DNA of 63,463 bases, filler included, from Reticulomyxa filosa (GCA_000512085.1; 19 parts of 19 records of this genome joined end to end with filler, not necessarily neighbours in it); one strand, 5' to 3'. Positions 11,441 through 25,400 are shown, counted from the whole stretch's first letter. Translations and numbers: made by a program. The notes: generated by a model from the sequence alone, not told the origin.

Positions 11441-12609
11441 ATGAATATGGATACGGAGCCTTTAGCAGAAACTGTTCCGCAAAACCTGATTTGGGTGCCA
11501 TGTGTGGCACTTGATAAGGAAATAATAATAAGTGGGGATTCGCAAAATCGTTGTTATTCCTACAGTCTTGAGAAGGAGGAATATAGGATGGTTTGCAAAT
11601 ACCCTGCCGAGGTTCTGTTGTTGCATGAGCATTGGGTGGTGAAATGTGAGCACCGAACAAGAAGTCAAAAGAAGTATAAGCGTGTGCCGTTGTTGTCATT
11701 TGGTGGGGTTTATAAGCATACAATGCTAATGAGTTATGAAAGCGTTTGGAAAAGTGAGACATCGACGTCTAAACATGTGAATGAATGGTTGCAAGTGCGA
11801 AATGGATTTGTGATCGAACAGAACAGCGACAGTAATTTGGCAGGAATCCGAGGGTGTGTAGGGGGTCCCAATAATCTGTTATTATTTGTAACTTTTTATC
11901 CTCATAACATTGCAGTGATCGATATGAAGAACTATCAATATGTGCAAGTGACCAATCAGAGATTGCCAATTAATAACAAGCTTTGGTTTCATTGCTTCGT
12001 CAAACTAGACAAAACGTCCTTTCTTCTCATCACAAAAGGGGCACACATTCACATTCGATATGACGTCGTGACAATGACCTTTCACTACGAAGTGCTGCCC
12101 AGTCCCCCTCCACTCTTCAGGTCCAAGGATGACTTTGCCTTTGTCTTGGTGCATCGCTGGCTCGTCTTCTTTGGAGGAAGGGACGAGCGCTATCATGCTC
12201 TGGATGATATCGTCGTTTACGACATCAAACGCAAACTATGGACGTCGCCACCCCACGTCTTACCGCAACCTTTGCATGCTAGCTGTGCTGTCGCCACTCG
12301 CGACCATACCTTTGTGCATCTCATTGGGGGAGTCACTTCAAATGATAGAAGTCAACATGTCCATTTCGTTATGAGGATTCAAGATTTAATTGTTAATATA
12401 CATACATGCATACATAATATTATGTATATATTTTTAATGTGTGAATCGACACTTCACATTTTGGCAAAAACAACGTTGTTCATTATTTTTATTGGTAGTT
12501 GTCTGAATATGAAGTTGGTCTTATTCTTCATTTTTGGGAAAGACACAGCAGATTGAAACTTGGATGGATTGAAGAGTTTAATACGATCATTTCGCGCTAT
12601 ATCAAATAA
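11441..12609 (+). CDS. Kelch-like beta-propeller protein, 2 exons (11441-12391, 12499-12609)
   Basis: Kelch blades (LLSFGG, LVFFGG...VYD...W, VHLIGG); a phase-0 intron leads to terminal exon LSEYEVGLILHFWERHSRLKLGWIEEFNTIISRYIK*; paralogous to 36262-37545. Confidence 0.88.
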
Positions 12610-13085
12610 TATTTGATTGATATGAACGCAGAAAGTAGTCAATTGTTGTCATTTGTTGGATAGATGGCATTATGGATTGGTCTCAAACAAAAACGGAACG
12701 TCTTTGCTCTGTATCCACGATTATTTTTATGAATTTTCGTGTGCAAAAAAAAAAACTTGGGTCAAGATTAAAAAGGTACATTCCATTTTTAAATTTTGTA
12801 ATTTGTAACTACCATTTTAAAAAGATTGGTTTGGTTTTGACGTTTCACTTGAAATTAATTTTTATCTCTTTTAAAAATTGTTCTAAAAAGGAAGTAAGTT
12901 CGAACTCTTTCGTTTCTTCCTCCTTTTTTTAAAGTTCATTAAAGCAATACTCTACATTACTAACAATTTGGAGCCTTGACCCCCTTTTATTCCAAAGACT
13001 ATCTTTGGAATAATAATAAATGAGAAAAAACACACAACAACTATAACTAAACCTCAATCAAATATGGTGAGAACAAAAGCAAGGT

Positions 13086-13808
13086 TCAAGATTGAGAAAT
13101 GCCAGGCAGCAAGCAAGGCAGCAATGGAGGCTTGTCTTGGAATAAGTTATGATACTTGAGGACTGTAGCAGCAATGAGTTTATCAGTAAATCCAAAAAAA
13201 GTTTTAATGCTTTTTTCATCTGCACTCACGCCGAATCTATCGATGCCAATTTGGTAATGTGAATATTTGTGCCAGCCACTGGTGGCAGCAGCTTCAACTG
13301 AAATGACCAATCCCTTTCCCAAAAGTTTGCGTTTGTATTCAAGTGGTTGTTCCGCAAATAACTCCAGACAAGGGGCAGAAAGCACATGTACAGTCAGTTG
13401 ATGCTCTGTGTTCAATATCTTTGCTGCACCAACGGTTGGTCCCACTTCACTACCTATTAACAACATTTTATTTTTTCAAATGCACAAAAAAAAAAAAAAG
13501 AACAAGATGAATGTACAACACACCAGTGGCAATCAAAACAATGGGACATTGAGATGATTTGGAATCTCGATCAAAAATAGTCAAGCGATACATCCCCAAA
13601 CTTACATCATCGCACGAGGTGAAATCCAAGGAATCAACATTTTGTCGTGACAAGCACATGACAACGCCCGAATGGCGTAGTCTTTCTAAAGTAATAATCC
13701 AAGTGCCAACAATTTCATTTCCGTCGGCAGGACGAAACGCATACATGTTTGGCGTGGCTCTCAACAAAGGAAGTACTTCAATTGGTTGATGTGTAGGTCC
13801 GTCTTCAC
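13086..13808 (-). CDS. TKT: Transketolase, C-terminal part (exons 13808-13524 and 13453-13086; 5'-truncated)
   Basis: GEDGPTHQPIE, RPADGNE, LSRQN, ATGSEV, GIDRFGVSA motifs. Confidence 0.96.
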
Positions 13809-13964
13809 CTGTATTATTTTTTCAATAAATAAATTATGTTCATTGTNNNNNNNNNNNNNNNNNNNNNNNNNNNNNNNNNNNNNNNNNNNNTTAATTAATT
13901 AANNNNNNNNNNNNNNNNNNNNNNNNNNNNNNNNNNNNNNNNNNNNGACACATAAAAAAAAAAG

Positions 13965-14332
13965 AGGATAGCGATTGCTACGTAAGATTGGAATTGAATG
14001 ATAAAAATTTTCAAACTGATGTCATTCATAACAATCGGGACCCGGTGTGGAATCAAAGATTCATATTTCAAGTAAAAAATGTGAAAAAACAAACTCTTCA
14101 TCTTTTTCTATTTGATCAAGATATAATACGAGACGATTTTATTGGACATATTCAAGTTCCATTGTCTTCTTTGTTTGAAGGAAAAATTCCTGGTAAAACT
14201 TCTCAATCCAAATTCAATATTCCAAATTCTAAATCTGGTGGTTTCTTGGTGATAAATTTTCTTATTCTGAAAATGGATCTGATGATAATGGTAATGAGAG
14301 TGATGATACAATGTAAAATCACAGACCCATAA
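13965..14332 (+). CDS. C2-domain protein fragment
   Basis: SDCYV...T.VI.NNRDPVWNQRF.F...LFDQD..RDDFIG, the Ca-binding C2 signature. Confidence 0.85.
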
Positions 14333-15054
14333 TTTTTATGTTGATCACTATTTTTTTTGTTCAGTAATCTCTTTTGTTTGTGTCAGTAGTACTGATAAGT
14401 ACTCGAATCTTTTTCGTGTCAACTTCTAGATAATATCCTCCACCTTTCTTTTCGGATGTTTCTACTATTTCGACAGCCGTTAAAAAAAATTACTAAAAGT
14501 AAAATAATCTCTTGGTGAGTAGTTTGAAATCATAGGATATTTGTCGATTTGAGAGTTTTCACCAGAAATATTAGGCTTTTTAGAGCCAGTTTATAATTTT
14601 AAAAGGAGTCGATATTTTTCTATTAGTTGACGTGCTTTGTAACCCGAATTTCTCGTTTTTAATAAAGTCAAAAAACTGAAAATTTACTTTTTATCGAAAA
14701 GGATTAGTTTAGTAAAAAATCGAGGAGAAATTTCAACAATCGAATTGAAGAAATTTAGCAGCAGCTTTTTTGTAAAAAAGAGCTGCTTTTTGGAAAAAAA
14801 ACAAAAATGTTTTTACAAATTGAGAAAGTGTAGAGTTTATGAACAACAGAGAAAAAAAAAAGCAGTGCTCCAAAAAAATTAACAAATCAACTGCTTTCCT
14901 TTTTAACGTGTACACTAACCAGAAAGATTACCATTCAATGTCATGTCGATATCATTTTCCTTGGTGTTGTCTTCATTAGCCCCGGTTTCTATCAAGCAAG
15001 ATCGTACACAAAGAATCGATTAATTAAAGAAGCAAATAATGATTGTTTTTGTTT

Positions 15055-18000
15055 CTAGCTAAAGACATCCTTCTTACCTTGTTTTCGTTGCACTTGTTTC
15101 TCTTGGTAGCTAACGGTCATCAATGCAGCCATCACCGATAATACAGCTTTTGTTTCCAATGCAATCAGATCTTCTGGCAGGACAAACAATTCAGCGCCCT
15201 CTCTTCTGGCCAACGTCATCGCATATTTTGCATTGGCGAGTCGTTTGCGATACATTTCTTCGTCATCTTCTCTCTTTCGTAAGTCCTGCAGTGGGACGAC
15301 ATCCCAAAATACGATGTCGTCTTTGACGGCACCAGGTAATATCACCTTCAACAACTCAATGTAGAAAATGCAAGTGGTCAAGTGTCGATCTTTGAATCCT
15401 TGGATAAGTTCGGATCGTCGTGCGCTGGGATCAATTTGCAACAATGTCTGATTGCACCAATCCAATATGTCTTTTTCTTCAACTTGGCGTCCGTCAAAAG
15501 ACAGCGAGGATAAAGTTTTCATCGCCTGGTATCGCATAACCTGCCACAATAATGAATGAATAATCTTTTGGTTGCCGTCATGTAAATCTTGTCCACCTGC
15601 GTTAACCATCTTTAAGTTCAAGCCTGTCGCTGCATCCATGGCTTGTTTGCCTATCGAAGAGACAAGTATTTATTGTTTGTTTGTGAATTACATATTTATT
15701 TATTAATTGACTCTCCAAGATATATATATATATATGTACCTATATTGTATATATTTTAAAACAAAACGTAACAATTGTTCATTTTATCAAATTTATGTCG
15801 AATTTTATCTTTGTCTCGAATTTTGGTCCAATCGATGCATCCGGGTGAGACTCGATCCAAGATCTTGCAGATGACCACACCATCACTCAGATCTTTTTTC
15901 AAATTGTGAATCATCAAGTTGGCTGGCAATAGCGAATTAATGAAATTGCACATGGATTCATCAGCAGTTTGAATGTTTGTGTCCAAATGGATGGATTGAA
16001 ACCTGTTTTGTTCCTTCTTCGTCAATTTGGCCAATCCCGACTTGGTGTCAAACACTTGAGCGGCAAAGAGATCTTGCAGCAATCGATTATTGCCAAGCAG
16101 GTCTTCTTTTTGAATATTCGTGTTGATTCCGAGTTGGTTCACAGCATAATCGATCATAAACGCACAGGCCGCCTCGGGGTTTTCCGCGTATTTTTTGACG
16201 GGTGCTTTCGACAGAAAGTCATTGTTAATTTCGGTCATCGTATTAAACATTTCCAAATTAAAGTCTTCAATTGGTTTATTTAAGGGTCGTTTTTGGGTCC
16301 GATTCATCCATCGTGGAATCCAGTCATATGGTGTCAAGTCTCCAATGGCTTCACTGTCTTCGTTATCGGCAGCCAAACGAATCAATTCTGTGTATTTATT
16401 TTGTGTGTTTTGTTGAACCGATTGGATTTAGACATTTGGTCCTCAATGATGCTGACAACAACAACAACAAAATAAACGATGATATAACAAGTTTATGTTT
16501 ACTGAACCTGGATGTTTATTGACATTGATATATCTCTGTAAATTTCGACCACACAACTCTTTTACAAGAGCCAAAAATATGGGGACATTTTTTTTGCTGA
16601 TTCATCCAGTCTTTTGAATCGTAGCTCGGAAGACGTATTCCCAAAGCTTTGGCACTGGACAAGACCAGTTGGACATTGTCTTCGACTTGATGAGCCTCCA
16701 AGGGAAGGGGCTCTTCCAAATTTGGCAAGTGAATGACACGGGCGTCCAAAAAGTCGGGCTGTATCGTGTCGAGCAAATAACCCAACATGGCGCCATCGTA
16801 CACTGTCGCCAAAATGTGGTAGTTGTCCAGCTTGCCCTCGTCGTTCAATTTCATCGGGATATACAAACGTCGCATTACATCTTCTTCTGGCTTGCGCAAC
16901 ACGCGATCCATGTACGTCGCACCCACCTTCAGGTCGTCCGACTCATTCACAATACGCACCTCCGCGACGGTGCCAGATTCGGAGACTTCCAACTCGCGCG
17001 TTTCTTTCCAATTGTCACGCACCACGATCTTCTGCACATGTGCTCTTCGCTCCGCGTCGCGGTCTAACCACCATTCTGGTATTGGTTCCTCGTCAGGAGG
17101 AGGTTCTACTCCTAACAATTGTCGGATCATATCTCTGAATGCGTCTCGCCATTCCGTATCGTTTTGTTGGTATACCGTTTTTTTTTTTTTTTTTTTGTTG
17201 AATATATTCCATTATCACAAGACATACAAAAATAACGTAAGAAAATCAAAAAAAACAATATTCGAGAGCTAAAAAGCACACACAAAACTTGGAATGGTGT
17301 TTTCATCACTTCTTCCATTTTGACAGTCGTCGTAGTCGTGGCCACTTCCGTCTTCGCTTCTACTTTTGCTTCTTCTTTTGCTTCCACCTTCGTCTCCTCC
17401 TCTGTATCATCCGGGAGTGGCAGCCCTAGGTCGCCAATTGTATCTGGGAATGGCAGTCCTGTATTGCTCGTTGTGTCTGGGGGTGGCAGCCCAGTATTGC
17501 TCGTTGTATCTGGGGGTGGCAGCCCTGCATTGTTCGTTGCATCCGTGGTTGGTGGAGGGTTGACAGCGGATGCACCGTTGCTGATCGGATTTTCGATAGC
17601 CTTGGTTTCCTCGGCTATTAATTCTTCGATCGGAACCAAGACTTTGATGCTCTCTTCCAAATCTTTTTGGGTCAAGTTTTCTTCGATCTTTGATTCAATG
17701 TCTTTGTGTCGGTCTATCATCGCTTGGACCATTGTATTTACCTCTTCCAACAATTTTTCCTCTTCCATTTTCTTTTTTTTTTAAGGAGGGAAGGAGAAAA
17801 AAAAAAAGTGTGTACATAATCATTCCAAAAAAAACACGTATACTACAAATTCTAAAAATTTAAATTAAATAAATTTTTTTTTTTTTTGTATCTTGAACGG
17901 TCTATAAAATCCTCACACGTCCACAAAACTTGTTCAGTGTTTCGCTTATGCAAATTTCTTAGCTTTTGCAAGTCGTCAATGCGGCCTTGCATTTCTTGCC

Positions 18001-18158
18001 GTGCAAAGTCACGTTGCGTCCACAATCGATGCGAGTTATCAACCGCACCTTCTTGAATTTTCAACGTTTCTTCCCATCGTTTGTTGTCTTTTTCAATTCC
18101 ATTGAGCAATTGTTGTCTACTGCTTTCAATATCTCCCTGGTCACCATTCTATTCAAAT
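15055..18158 (-). CDS. Fimbrin/plastin-like protein (four CH domains) with long coiled-coil/Pro-rich N-terminal extension; multi-exon, 5'-truncated
   Basis: PDFLDARVI, NVQLVLSSAKALG, DLSDGVVICKILDRVSPGCIDW, GQDLHDGNQKIIHSLLWQVMR, NAKYAMTLARREGA...PEDL match fimbrin ABD1/ABD2. Confidence 0.88.
17404..17530 (-). repeat. 33-bp coding tandem repeat (GLPPPDTTSNT-like, about 4 copies)
   Basis: GLPPPDTTSNT-GLPPPDTTSNT-GLPFPDTIGDL-GLPLPDD. Confidence 0.85.
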
Positions 18159-18556
18159 NNNNNNNNNNNNNNNNNNNNNNNNNNNNNNNNNNNNNNNNNN
18201 NNTTAATTAATTAANNNNNNNNNNNNNNNNNNNNNNNNNNNNNNNNNNNNNNNNNNNNAACAACGTATCAAAAAAAAAAGAATTTAAATTTTAAAAATAT
18301 TTATATTTAAGTTTTGCTTTTTCTACAAAATTCATTAAATCAATTAATTTCATAGTGTTATTTTTTATCTTTTGTTATTATCATTTATTCAATCCTTTTT
18401 TTATTTTACAATTTTTTTATCATTTTTTTTTAGTTTTATATTGCTATATTCAATAATCGTAAGAATGAGTGTAAGAAGGTATATGTATCTGCATACATTT
18501 GAAAGTCAAAGTAATTCATATAGAAAACCGAGTTAAAAATAAAAATAAATGACAAA

Positions 18557-20385
18557 TCAAAATCCAGAAAAATTGTATTGATTTCTTAAGGGGGGTTTTC
18601 CTTTGGCATGAGATTGTGTTTTTGACTGTGTTTGTATTTGTGGGGTTGTGTTGGTATTGATATTGGAAGGGGTTATTCGAGTGACAGTAGGTGATTTTGT
18701 AGGATGAGAAGACGGCAGAGGAGGTTTTTTAGGAGCAGGATTTGTAGAAAGAGAGAGATTGGACAAAGGCGAATATAACTCGTCCAAGCCAGTTTCGTTA
18801 ACCGGAGGACGAGTGTATGAAGCAGTGGCAGTGGCAGTAGCAGTAGCAGTAGCAGTAGAAGATGGCATTGACAATTGTCTGTGCTGATGTTGTTGTGAAT
18901 AATACGAGCGAGAATCAGAATGGAAAGTGGTTTGTGCGGATGTCGACATTGACGCGGATGAGGTCTGACTAACATAGCGATCTTCCCGTACAGGTTCACG
19001 TGATCGTTCTGAATTTCGTGTCCGATCATAAGCATAATCACGATCGCCACGTTCTTCTCTAGTGCCACCACCACCACCATGGTGATGGTGATATTGTTCC
19101 GTCTGTTGGTGCTGCTGCTGTTGCTGAATGGATGCATTCCACGTGTCCCAGCAAGCATTGCAATACCACGAGGCCTGATCCGTATCCAAATGCCCTTGAG
19201 TGTTGAGCACCAACTGCAGACACTGGAGACACTTGATAAAGGTACCCCCAAGCAATTCATCAATGGCTCGTTTGGCAAAGAGCATTTGTTCCTGTTCGCC
19301 AATGATCTGAACGATATCCGTGCGTTGCACAGAGCCCAGGACCGGTCCATCACCGCCAATCCCGGACGCGGAAAATCGCTTAATATAAATGGTGACCCCA
19401 TAAGTGGCTTGCAGATTGCGAATGACATCGCCTTTGGGTCCAATAATGAATTTGGAGCAATGTGATGGGACCTCAAAGACAAGTTCTTGAGCGCCCTGTC
19501 CACCGGCCCCGCCAAACATTTGAACAATTTTGCGGATCTCCTCTTTGGCCCTCTCCACAGCACGAGTGGATCCTTTGATCACCACAGTGGAAACTCCGGC
19601 TTCGACATGTTGGCTGTCGTCCAGCTGCACAAAGATGTTCGCACCGGTCAGCAGTTGCAACTCGTACACTTTCCTCCCTTGCGTCCCAATCAGCATCCCA
19701 CACACTTTGCTTGGCACGCGCATTTCCAATGCAATCTCTTTGTTCATTTCATCTTCTTTGTCTTTGTCTTTGTCTTTGTCTTTGTCCTTGGTTTTGCTTT
19801 TTACTTTTGTTATCACACCCCTTTCGCTTTCCGTCATAAACCGACCATTTTTGATCATAAATGCTATCTCTTTTTCACACGCGTCAATCTCTTCCGGAGA
19901 ACCTGTTAACACTACCTCTTTTTCCTCTTTGCTTTCGATTACTGCACTCTCGCTTCCATTGCTTTGCGATTTACTCTTGTTTGCCACTCTTGGGCCTTCT
20001 TCTTCTTCTTCTTCTTCTTCTTGTGATTGGGTCTCGATCTCCACTCGACAGTTCGTTCTTTGCTGCAACGAACTGATATTCGTCCCTCGGATACCTATCA
20101 ACAAACCCAAATAGCGACTTGGAACTCGCATGCTCTTATTCTCGATCAAACGTCTTCCTCGGCCTGCTTCCATACTCTTGTTCGCGCTTTTCACATCTTT
20201 TCTTTCTTCTTCCTCTTCTTCCTTGTTCGCTTCTTGCTACAAACCAACGTTTTATTTGTTGTCGTGCACATACACACACACATGCATTCTTTTTTAGAAT
20301 ATATTATACAGAAGCCTTGTGTTTTGCCTTTTCCATATACATTTCTTTTAGAACGTCTTTCTCGTTGTCGGCGGGGTTTGTCCAT
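18557..20385 (-). CDS. RNA-binding protein with three KH domains, a CxxC...CxxC motif and a low-complexity tail (exons 20385-20341, 20236-18557)
   Basis: GLLIGIRGTNI, GMLIGTQGRKV and KFIIGPKGDVI GxxG loops; a phase-0 GT..AG intron links MDKPRRQRERRSKRN to the long ORF. Confidence 0.9.
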
Positions 20386-20932
20386 CTTTTATTGCGTCAG
20401 CTATTTCTACTTCTATTTCCAAAAAAAACCCCTCAACTCACTGTCTGAAGGACAAGTAAAAAAAGTGTGGAAACGAACGCAACAACAATATAAAACAAAT
20501 AGTAATAAAAATTTTTTAAAATAATGTCCATATATCTATTTAACTCACAAAAGCAACTAAGTCAATTTCGCTTTTTTTTGTCAAGAAAAATTAACTTATT
20601 TCTAACATGTGCAAGAGTTAGGTACAGTTGATTAAAATAGAATATAACTAACTCGCTCTTTTGGCAAAATTTCCATAAAAAGTAAGATTAAATGAAGAAC
20701 AATTATCTTTAGGCAAAACAAACTAGATCATTTTGTTTCCACACAATTTTTCATCCTTTCACCAGACAGGGATTTTTTTTTTCGAAATAAATAAAAAGGG
20801 ACTTTTTATTTTCTGCTAGCAATTNNNNNNNNNNNNNNNNNNNNNNNNNNNNNNNNNNNNNNNNNNNNTTAATTAATTAANNNNNNNNNNNNNNNNNNNN
20901 NNNNNNNNNNNNNNNNNNNNNNNNTTTTATTT

Positions 20933-20933
20933 A

Positions 20934-20974
<41 letters not shown>

Positions 20975-20975
20975 T
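20933..20975. repeat. (TA)n microsatellite at contig end
   Basis: Seen directly; similar tract at 41410-41478. Confidence 0.9.
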
Positions 20976-21109
20976 TATTATATTAATTACAAAAAAAAAA
21001 AGACACATATCTTGTTTGAAACAAACATAACCTCATCCAGATAATCACCAATAACGAGGATGGACTAGATGTTATTCCACAGGTCATCGAAACCAAGAAT
21101 AACAGTCCG

Positions 21110-21723
21110 TTGCAACAGCATCAACTGCTGGACATGCCAATGGCATTGACAACCTCGTTAGTATCGTTAGAGGATGATATAGCCATGAAAGAAGCGCGAA
21201 AGATCGCTTATGAAGAAACTACCGTGTGCAAAGTCGAAACCGAACCTAACCACGTTTGTATGTCGGACAAGGACTACGTCGTAATGAAAATGGAAAGAAA
21301 TGAATCGAATGAGGACAAAACGCCATCGAAAGTGGAGGCGTTGGTAGAAGAGAACTTGGATGGAACAAAACGAAATGAAGAGCACGGCGATATGCACACG
21401 GAATCAATGTTGGAAAAAAAAAAGACGAAAAAGTTATTTCGCCGATGGAATTGAAGTGGATTGAAAAGATCCATGGATGGTGTGCACCAAAGCTGAAGGA
21501 GTGGCAATCCAGTTACCAAGTGCCAATGGAAGTCATTGTTGTCATTTGGCTGCGATTAATGTACGACTTACAACAACAAAACGCAAAAGAAGAGCTTCAT
21601 AACCATGCATCCATGGAAGCGATGTTGGAATTTCTGAGGCCTAATCTGGATGAAATCTTGGAACAATATCTTAAAATGTATTTGCAACACAATCAAAAAG
21701 ACAAGTCCACTCCTGTCTCTTGA
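21110..21723 (+). CDS. C-terminal part of a hypothetical protein, split at an A-run (about 21414-21423)
   Basis: Adjacent ORFs 21110-21454 and 21445-21723 meet at a homopolymer; no family recognised. Confidence 0.45.
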
Positions 21724-22412
21724 CTTTCCATGTCGACCATTCATTTGTTTATTCATAGCTCCTCTCCTCCCCCCTTCATGATCAATGTCACAAAAACATA
21801 TATTTGTCACCAATAAGAATGGATTCCATTACGCTTTGCTGAAACTAATTTTTTTTTTTCTTCCTTCCAAGAGAAATGAAGACAACCACTCTCTTTGAGA
21901 ATATACAAATCAAATTGGGTTTGTTGCAATTTTTTCGATTTTATTTTGTTTTGTTTTTTTTTTGAGATTGTATGCACGAACAGCCACTTCTCCAATATCC
22001 GTTATTGTTTTGCTTCAGATCAAAATATTTCAACAAAAAAAAAATCGAACATGCGATTCGTCTTTTTGTCAACAAAAGAGGCCTTTGTTTGGCATTTTTT
22101 ATTTTGGTGTTCAATTAACAACGGTTTGATTTTAGTTTCTGTGTTCATACGAAAATGACTTATTCGTTAGAGTGGTGCGCTCATGTTCTCCCCATTCAGG
22201 GATGAATACTAGTTTATCAACTAGGATATTTGTTTACATTTTCACAACAGAAAAGGCACAAAAAAGTGTGAACAAAGGTTTAATATTCCTATAAACGCAC
22301 ACATAAAAAAATAAAGCTGCGCTTTAGAGTGTCAATCAGTTTGTGAAAGAACAGGGGGTGAAAAGTAACAACAGAAAATCTTTTTTTCTTGTTTTTGACA
22401 AAAAGATTAATA

Positions 22413-25400
22413 ATGGATGCCACCGAAGCTACTATTGTATCTTCACCCTTGATTTCTGCCAATGAAAAGATAGAGGGAGATCAATCATCCAATACCAACA
22501 CAGTGGAGGTGTATCTACGAATACGACCCACTGATTCCACAAAACAGACTACCCTATTTTCAATTTCAGATGACTTGAGCTCAATCGAAATCAAAAATTC
22601 TGGAGAAGTTAGGAATTTGTTATCCTTCTCCACCTTGTTTTGAAATCTTAGACAAATTTGCACACTACAGAAATCAACAAATTTGAAATTTACGCGTGTA
22701 TTTGCTCATACTGTGACCAATTCAAAGGTGCTTTCTTTATTTTTTGCATTTTTTTTTTAATGAAAGAGAAATATTTTTTTGTCTGTGAACAAACTTTTGC
22801 AAAGGTATTCGAGTGCCTTGGCCCAGCGATAGTGGACAGAGTTGTGAGAGGTTTTGCAAATCTGGTATTTGCTTATGGGGTGTCCAAGAGTGGTAAGACC
22901 CACACGATTATTGGTGAAAAAGATGATCCTGGCTTGTTGCAAAGATCAGTGGAAACACTCTTAGCAGTGGACGATGTTGTCAATCAATCTTCTTTTATAC
23001 AAATGTCATGTGCAGAAATCTATTGTGAAAATTTGGGGGATTTGTTGGCAACAGATGCAGACGAAGTTTGTCACCCAATATTTTTTTTAACTTTCTTATT
23101 ACATTTTTGTTTTTTGATTGGTTTGAAAGTACTTTGGCAAAAACAAAAGGAAGCGAAAAGTCTCGAGTTTGAACATCCAATTGTACTGACAAAATTGAAG
23201 ATTGGAAGTCTTATTGAATTCCATAACGTGACAATTCAAGCTGACAAGCAGAGGGCAAAACGGCAGACCGCACTCAACATTGTAAAAAACACAAAAATCT
23301 TTTTTTTTTGAAATTTGTGTTGAGTTCAATTTTAGAAATAGATGTTGTAAGATACAGGACTTTATTGTTTGTTGTTTACGTTACAAACTCCTCGAAATAA
23401 TAATAGAACTCGGATAGTAGTCACATTCTATGGTTTATCGAGTTCGTGGAAAAAGAGCAATCAAAAGTGATTGGTAAATTGTGTTTATGTGACTTGGCTG
23501 GAGCAAATTGTAGTGATGTAGAAAATTCAATGAATCAAACTGAAATCCAGCAAATAAATTTCTCCTTGCAATGTCTCAAGCAACGTATAACGCAATTGAC
23601 ATCAAATGATAGCGATGCACCTTTTCGCGAGTGCGGATTAACAAAAGTGTTGGCCGAATATTTGACAGGACGTGCCTTTGTTGCAATGATCACAACTACT
23701 CATTTTATCCAGTTCTGCAGCACGCAATATAAAAAAATGTATTTTCTATTTCGATCGTGTTTCGATTATGTTCAGGTTGCAACCAGTCCAAGTGTATTGT
23801 ACCAAAAATACAAACACCATAAACATATCAAAGAGAAAATGCCGTTGCACCACTTAATTCGCTGCAACTCGACGAGCAAAAGATTACCACCGACACCGAG
23901 ACCTGTTCAATAGCAGAGGGTTAAACTGTACCTTGTTTGAAATGTACATTTTTCTCTTATCGAATTTTCTTCATTCCAAAAAATCAGATGAAAACAAAGT
24001 CCTTCCATTTCCCGCAGACCGAGCTCAGCCATGGGAAGTTTATGATAAGGAGACTCTGTATAAAATAGCAGTCAGTGCTTGGAAGTGCTGCAAAAATATG
24101 GAAATGGAAAATGAAGAAAATATTCAAGTTTATTGTTTACTGTACTTCGTACTTGTACATAACGAACCAAATTTAACACAATATCATAGCTTCACTCCGC
24201 TGCCGTTCAGAAATTAGTGTTGTCCAATAATCAATACATTTCTGATTTACGTCAGGAAATGGCAGTTGAGTGTGGTACGTAACTTGGCCTGTCTTTCTCT
24301 GTCTTTGTAACGCAATTTATTTGAAATAGAACGAAAGGAATGAAATGGCAATGAGCCATCTCGAACAAATATTTGGCATGCAAGCAGAACACGCAAAAAA
24401 ATTGCAAATGGAACTTGAAAAAGTTATATTTTGCGTTTGTTTTTTTCTGAATGTCATCGCAGCTGCAGCAGTTGTATCAATTTTCCTTGGCAAGATAGAT
24501 ACAGCAATTGCAAAACGAAGTAGCAAAGCGAGAAGAAAAATTGGCAGAACAGACTACAAAACTTGAAAAAAGTGATGACTGCATAGAAAAATTAAGAAAT
24601 GAAAACGAAGTTTTATTGGGAGAAGTGGAACGATTAAAAATGAACCAAGTCGAAATGCAAAACGGATTTCGGCTAAATTTAGAAAAATTTGAACAACAAG
24701 AAACAGAAAAAAAGAAGTTAATTGAAAAATATCAAAGGTTGAACAATTACAAAGCAAATATGATACTTTAGAAGAACAAATGCACAATTTAGGTATACGA
24801 TTGTTTTTCCTTATCTTCTTCAAAACTCTGAACGATTATTGTAAATATCAATTCATTCATAGAAGAAAAAAGAAATCAACATGCGCAAGTATTGGAAACA
24901 CAAATCAAAGTAGCAAACGAAGGAAAGGTCGATCTTTGTCAATCGATAGAGGCGTTAACTGCAGAAAGAAATACCCTTCAGTCCAAACTCGATATGCTCC
25001 AAAGTAAGCACAAACAAATGAAATTGGTATACCGAAGTTTGAGAACTCAAATACGATCTTTGCGACGGGCATCAGAGTCTTGGGTATGTGCCATATCCAT
25101 GCCAAGTTTCAGCGTGACTTTCGCTTTGTTTATCTTTGCACACGACAGTAATCACGAATAAAAAATGTGTTGTAAATATAATTTATCAGCGCAGCGAAAA
25201 AGAGTTATTACAGGAAAAATTAACGAAACTTTCTGGACAGATCAGAGAAAACGAGGTGTCAATCGAAAAATTAAACTTGCAAATGATGGTATTTGTCTTT
25301 AAACTCTACATTTAACTCTTCTGATATCTCAAGCGAACTTTCATTTCAAACATAGCACAAAGCCAACGAGCAAGTGCACTTTTTCAAAAACTGGCGCCAG

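Noticed and set aside
14755-14792. Imperfect hairpin gcagctttttt...aaaaaagagctgc as a terminator or MITE end
   Set aside because: Mostly A/T runs, eukaryotic intergenic context, no TSD or second copy identified
18673-20114. Long overlapping ORFs around the KH gene (296, 194 and 140 aa)
   Set aside because: Shadow frames of a relatively GC-rich coding exon, without motifs
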